From NCBI GenBank assembly GCA_963822965.1, contig CAWGJT010000006.1, positions 608,001-672,000 of the forward strand: a stretch of 64,000 bases of DNA. Reading direction: 5' to 3'. The notes under the pieces are model-generated. The model had not been told where the DNA came from and ran no database searches. It was given only the letters and a program-made list of their open reading frames with translations. The stretch comes from an uncultured delta proteobacterium (GTDB taxonomy: Bacteria > Myxococcota_A > UBA9160 > UBA4427). The position numbers and the translations under genes are program-made. Below, piece by piece: positions 57,216-64,000 of the stretch. Every line of letters starts with the position of its first letter. Within the stretch, counting starts at the first letter, position 1.

Positions 57216-58123
57216 ACGTGAGCGTGCGCGACGAGCACATCGACGCCTTCCGGAGAGACGGGTTCGTCGTCCTTCCCGACCTGCTCGATCCGGCCGAACG
57301 GGAACGCTACGGCGCCGCCGTGGACGCCGCGGTCACCCGACGCACGCGCGAAGACCGGCGTTCCCTCGCCGAGAAGTCCCTCTACGAGCAGTCGTTTCAG
57401 CAGTGCATCAACCTCTGGGAGGACTTCGAAGACGTCCGCGCCCTGACCTTCCACTCGAGGCTCGCAGAGAGCGCGGCGCTTCTCCTGGGCGTGCGGGCCC
57501 TGCGCGTCTGGCACGACCAGGCGCTCTACAAGGAGGCCGGCGGGCGGGGGACGGATCCGCACCAGGATCAGCCCTACTGGCCGCTGCACGAGACGGACGC
57601 GATCACCGCCTGGATTCCGTTCGACGGCTCCACCCGGGAGAACGGCTGCATGGGCTATCTGCCCGGCAGCCACACGAGCGGCCTGCGCAGGTTCGCCAAC
57701 ATCTTCACCAGCACGGGCTACGACCTGGAAGCGCTCCCCCAGACGCGAGGTCGCGAGACCGTCTGGGTGGAGGTGCCGGCCGGAGCCGTCGCCTTCCACC
57801 ACGGGCTCACCGTCCACCGGGCGCTTCCCAACACGAGCCCGCGCACGCGCCGGGTCCACACCGTCATCTACTTCGCCGACGGCACCACGCGCGTCTCGCG
57901 CGAGCACCCGCACCCCGCGGTGGACCGGGCGGGAATCGCACCCGGTGCGGTGGTCGCCAGCGACGTCACGCCGATCGCCTGGCCCCGGCCGGCCGGCGAC
58001 CTGCCCCCCACGCCGCCGCGACCCGACCCCCTGCTGCGCGGCTGGCCCGGCTGGCCGGCGGACGAGACCGCGACGCCCGAAGCCCGACGCCCGGAGAAGG
58101 ACGGCGCTGGGCGAGGGGCCTGA
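57212..58123 (+). CDS. Phytanoyl-CoA dioxygenase (PhyH) family Fe/2OG oxygenase
   Basis: F.RDGFVV, HQD facial-triad motif, NGCMGYLPGSH, FHHGLTVHRA..N; GTGA overlap with upstream gene. Confidence 0.88.
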   Translation: MNVSVRDEHIDAFRRDGFVVLPDLLDPAERERYGAAVDAAVTRRTREDRRSLAEKSLYEQSFQQCINLWEDFEDVRALTFHSRLAESAALLLGVRALRVWHDQALYKEAGGRGTDPHQDQPYWPLHETDAITAWIPFDGSTRENGCMGYLPGSHTSGLRRFANIFTSTGYDLEALPQTRGRETVWVEVPAGAVAFHHGLTVHRALPNTSPRTRRVHTVIYFADGTTRVSREHPHPAVDRAGIAPGAVVASDVTPIAWPRPAGDLPPTPPRPDPLLRGWPGWPADETATPEARRPEKDGAGRGA

Positions 58124-58139
58124 CCGGCCGGCGGCCGGC

Positions 58140-59090
58140 TCAGGGGCTGAGCACGACCTTGATGGCACCGCTCGCGCGATTCCGGGCCAGGGCGAAGGCG
58201 TCCGGCGCGGCGTCGAGGGGCAGGCGATGGGTGATCAGTGTCTCGGCGATCTCGGGCCGCGACGCCAGCAGCGCCGCCGCCACCTCCACGTCCCGCTCGC
58301 CCCCGTCGCGCCCGTACATGAAGGAGGGAACCACCCGGATCTCCTTCATGCAGAGCGTCATGCCCGGCGGCTCGAACCCGTCCCAGTAGCTCGCGAGCAG
58401 CAGCAGGCTGCCCCCCGGACGGGTGAGCTCGCACGCCTCCTTCAAGGCGCTCGCGGTACCCGCGCAGTCGATCACGAGATCGTAGTCCCCGTCCGCAGCG
58501 GCCGTGTCCAGCAGCCGCGCGCCCAGCCGCTCGCCCGCCGCGCGCTGGGCGTCGTGACGCGCCCGGAGGGCGATCTCGCCGGCCGTCGTGGCCGCCGCGG
58601 CCACGGCGCACAGGCCGATGGCGCCGCCGCCGATCACCGCCACCCGCGACGGGCGGGCGGGTGCCGCCTTGCGGAGCCCGTGGACCGCCACGGCCAGCGG
58701 CTCCACCAGGCAGGCGTCCGCCGGCGAGACGCCCGGAGGCAAGCGCACCAGGCAGTGCTCCGGAACGACCAGTTCGTCGGCCATGCCACCGTCGCGCCCG
58801 ATGCCGATGAAGCGGTCGAGCTGGGAGGGACACAGGTTGTAGTCGCCACGGCGACAGGGATCGCAGGTGCCGCAGCCGATCACCGGCTCGATGGCGACGG
58901 CCGTGCCGTCGGCGAGCTCGCCCGCGACCTCGTGTCCGGGGGTGCCCGCGATCGGCCAACCGCCGTCGATCATGTGGAGATCGGATCCGCAGATGCCCGC
59001 CGAGCGGACCCGAACGCGAACGCCCTCGCCGGACGGCGCCGGGACGTTCTCGACCTCGATGCGACCCTGGTGGCAGCGAATCGCTCGCAT
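58140..59090 (-). CDS. Zinc-binding alcohol dehydrogenase (MDR)
   Basis: GICGSDLH, GHE, CGTCDPC..NLC, EPLAVAVHG, GGGAIG. Confidence 0.92.
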   Translation of the reverse strand: MRAIRCHQGRIEVENVPAPSGEGVRVRVRSAGICGSDLHMIDGGWPIAGTPGHEVAGELADGTAVAIEPVIGCGTCDPCRRGDYNLCPSQLDRFIGIGRDGGMADELVVPEHCLVRLPPGVSPADACLVEPLAVAVHGLRKAAPARPSRVAVIGGGAIGLCAVAAAATTAGEIALRARHDAQRAAGERLGARLLDTAAADGDYDLVIDCAGTASALKEACELTRPGGSLLLLASYWDGFEPPGMTLCMKEIRVVPSFMYGRDGGERDVEVAAALLASRPEIAETLITHRLPLDAAPDAFALARNRASGAIKVVLSP

Positions 59091-59109
59091 CAGCGGACGG
59101 TAGCAGGGC

Positions 59110-59168
59110 GCTGAAGAACCCCGGAGCGAGCGAGGGGCGTGCCTCGCGACGGCAGCGGGTTCTTCAGC
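59110..59168. repeat. 59-bp element bounded by 12-bp perfect inverted repeats
   Basis: GCTGAAGAACCC (59110-59121) and GGGTTCTTCAGC (59157-59168). Confidence 0.7.
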
Positions 59169-59189
59169 AGCGGCCGCGCGGACGGCGGG

Positions 59190-60119
59190 TCAGCCCTGCG
59201 TCGGAGGCCCGTCGCCCTTGCCACGGCGCTCGCGCGCCTTCTCGAGACGTCGGGTCCGTGCCCCCTCTCCGTACATCCCGAAGGTGCGGACGATGATCGG
59301 TCGATCGGCGGCGATGGCCACCTGCTCGGCGGTGCGCCCTTCGGCATCCAACAGTCCCGTGTCGATCCCCGCCTCGATCAGCTGTCGCACGATGCGCCGC
59401 TCTCCCTCGCGGGCCGCGACGTGCAGGGCGGTCTCGCCCTTCGCGTTCTGGTGGTTCAGGTCGACGCCCGCCTTCATCAGCACGATCGGGAGGGCCGTGC
59501 TGGGCTTGCGCGCGGCACAGTGCAACGGGGTCTCGCCGGCTTCGTCGACGGCATTCGCATCGGCGCCGTACTCGAGAAGCACGATCATGGTGCCGCCGCG
59601 TGCGAAGGAGGCCGCGGTGTGGAGCGGTGTGTGCCCGGCCGCGTCCCGGGCCATCGGGTCCCCGCCGCGGCCGAGCAGGATGCGCATGTTGTGACGGTTG
59701 ACGTCTCCGTGAGCCGGCGTGCGGCCGGCGTCGTCCCGGGCGTTCGGATCCGCTCCGTGGTCGAGCAGGACGATGGTCGCGCGCGTGGTGTTGTCGCCCA
59801 AGACGGCCAGATGCAGGGGCGTACGACCCTGTGCGTCGCGCGCGTTCGGGTCCGCGCCAGCGTCGAGCAGCGTCGCTTCCATCGGCCAGAAGCCCAGGGT
59901 CGCCGCCACGTGGAGGGCGGTCCGACCCTGCGCGTCCGTGGCGTTCGGGTCGGCGCCGGCTCGGAGCGCGTCGCGCAGGGCCAGCAGATCCTCGGACTCG
60001 ACCGCGTGGATGAGGACTTCGGGGGGAATCGTCTCCCGCCCGGCGCACGCGGACACGACCAGCGCGGCAAGAGCCGCCATCGAGAGAACGGAGCGCAACG
60101 TGGTTCGGGACTTCGCCAA
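59190..60119 (-). CDS. Ankyrin-repeat lipoprotein
   Basis: Multiple GADPNA.D..G.TPLH.A repeats; lipobox VSAC; TTG start inferred from an upstream TATCGT box. Confidence 0.88.
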   Translation of the reverse strand: MAKSRTTLRSVLSMAALAALVVSACAGRETIPPEVLIHAVESEDLLALRDALRAGADPNATDAQGRTALHVAATLGFWPMEATLLDAGADPNARDAQGRTPLHLAVLGDNTTRATIVLLDHGADPNARDDAGRTPAHGDVNRHNMRILLGRGGDPMARDAAGHTPLHTAASFARGGTMIVLLEYGADANAVDEAGETPLHCAARKPSTALPIVLMKAGVDLNHQNAKGETALHVAAREGERRIVRQLIEAGIDTGLLDAEGRTAEQVAIAADRPIIVRTFGMYGEGARTRRLEKARERRGKGDGPPTQG

Positions 60120-60304
60120 CCGCGGGACGATAGAGCAGTCGCCACCAACAGTCAGGCCGGCAGCGGCTCCGGCCGCGCGGCGCCGGCGCGCAGCCGGGGT
60201 GCACCCGCGCCCGGCACGCACCCACGGTCCAAGGCGTTTTCGCGCGCCGATGATTGCGCGGCGAAGCCGGAGGAGGGTAGTGTAAGGAGATCGCGCTACC
60301 CCCC

Positions 60305-61735
60305 GTGCCGGAGAGCTTTTCGTTGAACGCCGTCGATGCACGGACGGGAGCGGCGACGCGACCGCTTCGCGCGCCCCACGGCCGCAGGGGCGCGAGACGA
60401 GCCCGGCGGGCGGCTGCGGCGCTCCGTATCGCCGCGCAACTCGGCATCGCCGCGGCGCTCGCGAGCGGCTGCGGCACCCCGACGGAACCCCCGCCGCCTC
60501 CGAGCCTCGAGGCCACGACCCCGAGCGAGCGCCTTCCCATCGACGGGCTCTGGAAGACCGCCGGCGAGCCCCAGGTCTACGTGCAGCTGGAGCGCGGGCG
60601 CATGTACCTGCAGGCCGGCTTCGGCCCCGACGAACACCACGGCACCCTCGTCTACGCCGACGTCCACCAGAGCGCTCCGCGCGTGTACCGCGCGCTCCGT
60701 CCGGTTCGCGGACCGGGCACGCTGACGTGGCAGCCCTGCACGATCGGCGTGCAGGACGACGGCTCGCTCCGGGTCATGCCCGGCCAGGAGGAAGGCGACG
60801 GCCCGGAGCCGGGTAGCGAGGGCCGCTTCCTGCGCCTGCTTCCCGTGGCCCTGGCGGACGAGACCTGGTTCGCCGCGCAGCAGGCCACCTGGCATCTCGT
60901 GTCGGCGCGGGAGGCGCACAAGCCGCCGCCCCCGGCTCCCGTCGTGGGCACACCCGCCGTGGTGCCCTCGCTGCCGCCCTCGCGCGCGCCGGCCGAGCGG
61001 GCGCTCGCCCTACCGGCGGCCGTCCAGCGTTTCGGGCGCTACCACGCCCTCGTCGTCGGCAGCGCCGAGTACATGTATCTGCCGGCGGTCGCCACCGCCG
61101 AGGGTGACGCCTCCGCGGTCTCCGAGCTGCTCGCGAGCCGCTACGGGTTCGAGGTGAGTCTCCTGATGAACCCGCATCTCGAAGAGCTCACCGGCGCGCT
61201 CGCCCGATACGAGCACGAGCTGTCCCCGGACGACAACCTGCTCATCTACTACGCCGGGCACGGATTCGTGAGCGACGAGCTGGGACGCTGCTACTGGTTT
61301 CCCGTCGAGGCCCTCGGCAACGATCCGCAGGAGGGACTCGCCAGCGACGACGTGGCCGCCGCGCTCGCACGCATGAAGGCCAAGCGCGTGATGGTCGTCG
61401 CCGACAGCTGCTTCACCGGCGCGCAGCGTCGCGAGGTGGGGCTCCAGAACGGGCAGGGCGACAGCTCCGACAAGCTGGCGCGGACGCGCGCCCGCGTCGT
61501 GCTGTCGTCGGGCGGGCTCGAACCGATCCAGAACGGGCAGGCGAGCGGACACTCGGTCTTCACGGGCGCCTTGCTCGAGGCGCTCTCGACGAACGACGAG
61601 GTGATCGACGGCACCCGCGTCTTCCAGGAGATCCAGCGCATCGTGCCGGCCGGCGCGAGCCAGACCCCGGAGTACGCGAACATCCTCGGTGCCGGAGACG
61701 GCGGCGGCGACTTCGTCTTCGTACCCGGCCGCTGA
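60305..61735 (+). CDS. Caspase-like (peptidase C14) lipoprotein
   Basis: YHALVVG, IYYAGHG (His), VADSCFTG (Cys), HSVFTGALL; lipobox LASGC; start uncertain. Confidence 0.85.
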   Translation: MPESFSLNAVDARTGAATRPLRAPHGRRGARRARRAAAALRIAAQLGIAAALASGCGTPTEPPPPPSLEATTPSERLPIDGLWKTAGEPQVYVQLERGRMYLQAGFGPDEHHGTLVYADVHQSAPRVYRALRPVRGPGTLTWQPCTIGVQDDGSLRVMPGQEEGDGPEPGSEGRFLRLLPVALADETWFAAQQATWHLVSAREAHKPPPPAPVVGTPAVVPSLPPSRAPAERALALPAAVQRFGRYHALVVGSAEYMYLPAVATAEGDASAVSELLASRYGFEVSLLMNPHLEELTGALARYEHELSPDDNLLIYYAGHGFVSDELGRCYWFPVEALGNDPQEGLASDDVAAALARMKAKRVMVVADSCFTGAQRREVGLQNGQGDSSDKLARTRARVVLSSGGLEPIQNGQASGHSVFTGALLEALSTNDEVIDGTRVFQEIQRIVPAGASQTPEYANILGAGDGGGDFVFVPGR

Positions 61736-61915
61736 GCGGGCGGCACCCGCCCGCACCGGGGTGGCTCCGGAGGGCGTCCGCGGGCTGCCGGCGGTGTCGG
61801 CTGCGCTAGACTCCCGAGCGTCCCTGTCAGCCCCGGCTCCCCGTCCCCCGCGGAAGCCACCACGTTCTGGTCGGGCGTCCGCCGTCTCCGGCGATCGCCC
61901 GGAGGGGATCGGCCT

Positions 61916-64000
61916 TTGCTCCACCTGCCCGGCTCACGCGCCCTCTCGACCTTCCGGCTCGAGCGTCTCCTCGAGCGGATCCGCTCCCGGGTGCCGGAGG
62001 TCACGTGGCTGCAGGCCGAGTTCGTCCACCTTGCCCAGGTCGAACGGCGAGCTCACCCCCGCCGAGCACGCGGTGCTCGTCCGCCTCCTCGAGTACGGTC
62101 CGCACGACGCACCGGACGACGCGCCGGGCGGCGGGGAAGCGGGGCTGCTGCTGCTCGTGGTGCCGCGGCTGGGCACGATCTCGCCCTGGTCGTCCAAGGC
62201 GACCGACATCGCCCACGGCTGCGGGCTCACGCGCGTGCTCCGCCTCGAGCGCGGCGTCGCCTACCGCCTGGGCGGCCCGCCCGAAGCGCTCGTCCGCGGG
62301 CCGCGACGAGATCGCCGCCCTGCTCCACGACCGCATGACCCAGACCGTCCTGCCCGGCGTTCGACGAGGCCGCGCGGCTCTTCGCCCACGCCGAGCCCGC
62401 GCGCGTCCGGCAGCATCGACGTGCTTGGGGGCGGACGCGAGGCGCTCGTCGCGGCGGATGCCGCGCTCGGACTCGCGCTCGCGCCCGACGAGATCGAATA
62501 CCTGGTCGACAGCTTCCGCAGGCTCGGTCGCAATCCGCGCGACGTCGAGCTGATGATGTTCGCCCAGGCGAACTCGGAGCACTGCCGCCACAAGATCTTC
62601 CGGGCCGACTGGATCATCGACGGCGAGCCCCAGCGCCACGCGCTCTTCGACATGATCCGCAACAGCACCGAGCAGTCGCGCCGGACGGCGTGCTGTCCGC
62701 CTACCACGACAACTCCGCGGTCATCTGCGGGAGCCCGGCGTCGCGCTTCTTCCCCGACCCGGAGACGGGCGTCTACGCCGCGCATCGCCGAGCCGGTGCA
62801 CATCCTGATGAAGGTCGAGACCCACAACCATCCGACCGCGATCTCGCCGTTTCCCGGCGCGGCCACGGGCTCGGGCGGCGAGATCCGCGACGAGGGCGCC
62901 ACCGGCCGCGGCTCGAAGCCGAAGGCGGGGCTGACGGGCTTCAGCGTCTCGAACCTGCGGATCCCGGGCGCCCTGCAGCCCTGGGAGACCGACTTCGGCA
63001 AGCCCGATCGCATCGCCTCGGCGCTCGAGATCATGCTCGAGGGACCGATCGGCGCGGCCGCCTTCAACAACGAGTACGGGCGGCCGGCGCTGTGCGGCTA
63101 CTTCCGCACCTACGAGCAGAAGGTGACCGGGCCCGCCGGCTCCGAGGTGCGGGGCTACCACAAGCCGATCATGCTCGCGGGCGGCCTCGGCAACATCCGG
63201 CCGGGGCACGTCGAGAAGATGCGCATCCCCGCCGGCGCGGCGGTCGGCGTGCTCGGCGGACCGGCGATGCTGATCGGGCTCGGCGGCGGCGCCGCGTCGT
63301 CGATGGCGAGCGGCAGGAGCCACGAGGACCTCGACTTCGCCTCGGTCCAGCGCGACAACCCCGAGATGCAGCGCCGCTGCCAGGAGGTGATCGACCGCTG
63401 CGCGGCGCTGGGCGACGCGAACCCCATCCTGTCGATCCACGACGTCGGCGCCGGCGGGCTCGCCAACGCGCTGCCCGAGCTCGTCGACGACAGCGAGCGG
63501 GGCGCACGCCTCGAGCTGCGCGCGGTTCCCGAACGACGAGCCCGGCATGTCGCCCCTCGAGCTCTGGTGCAACGAGTCGCAGGAGCGCTACGTGGTGGCC
63601 GTCGCCCCGGACCGCCTCGCCGAGTTCCGCAGCCTGTGCGAGCGCGAGCGCTGCCCTTCGCGGTGCTGGGCGAGGCGACCGCGGCAGCGTCAGCTCACCG
63701 TCACGGACGCGCACTTCGGCGACGCGCCCATCGACATTCCCCTGGCTCGGTGCTGCTCGGCAAGCCGCCGCGCATGACCCGGGACGTGAAGCGCGTTCCC
63801 TTCGCCAGCCGCCCCCTCGAGCGGCTACGGAGATCGAAGCTCGACGAGGCGGCCCGGCGCATCCTCGCGCTGCCGGCGGTGGCCGACAAGACCTTCCTGA
63901 TCACGATCGGCGACCGCACCGTGGGCGGGCTCTGCGTGCGCGACCCGATGGTGGGACCCTGGCAGGTGCCGGTGGCGGACGCAGCCGTCACGGCCAGCGA
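61916..64000 (+). CDS. purL: Phosphoribosylformylglycinamidine synthase (large PurL), partial, multiply frameshifted
   Basis: [93 protein letters not shown] spread across frames; runs off the window end. Confidence 0.93.

Noticed and set aside
61736..61915. Purine/ZTP/PRPP riboswitch upstream of purL
   Set aside because: GC-rich hairpins are present but I could not match any consensus core; needs an Rfam scan.

Overview
GC-rich, gene-dense bacterial chromosome segment with about 52 recognisable genes and no rRNA, tRNA, CRISPR array, transposase or phage gene. The gene content (lipoproteins, c-type cytochromes, DsbD, an HpnN-like transporter) suggests a diderm bacterium, possibly Myxococcota/deltaproteobacteria-like; this is inference. 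Content is mostly lipid/steroid-type catabolism (two acyl-CoA ligases, a FadE26/FadE27-like acyl-CoA dehydrogenase pair, crotonase, tandem class III CoA-transferase, SDR/MDR enzymes, an AurF-like diiron protein, a PhyH dioxygenase), redox/detoxification (peroxiredoxin, 2 GSTs, glyoxalase, DsbD, an octaheme and a multidomain cytochrome c), DNA repair (ycaQ-like, tag), housekeeping (moaA, clpP, topA, partial purL) and exported repeat proteins (FG-GAP, Sel1, TPR, ankyrin, caspase-like). Most notable: (1) a translationally coupled glucuronokinase-like GHMP kinase + nucleotidyltransferase (+GST) operon resembling the eukaryotic glucuronate salvage route; (2) a three-hairpin intergenic element with compensatory changes between two DNA glycosylase genes; (3) about 10 genes with a TAnnnT box 6-10 nt before the start codon, suggesting widespread leaderless transcription. 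Single-base frameshifts (FG-GAP, Sel1, many in purL) are probably sequencing errors. All product calls come from motif recognition, not database searches.
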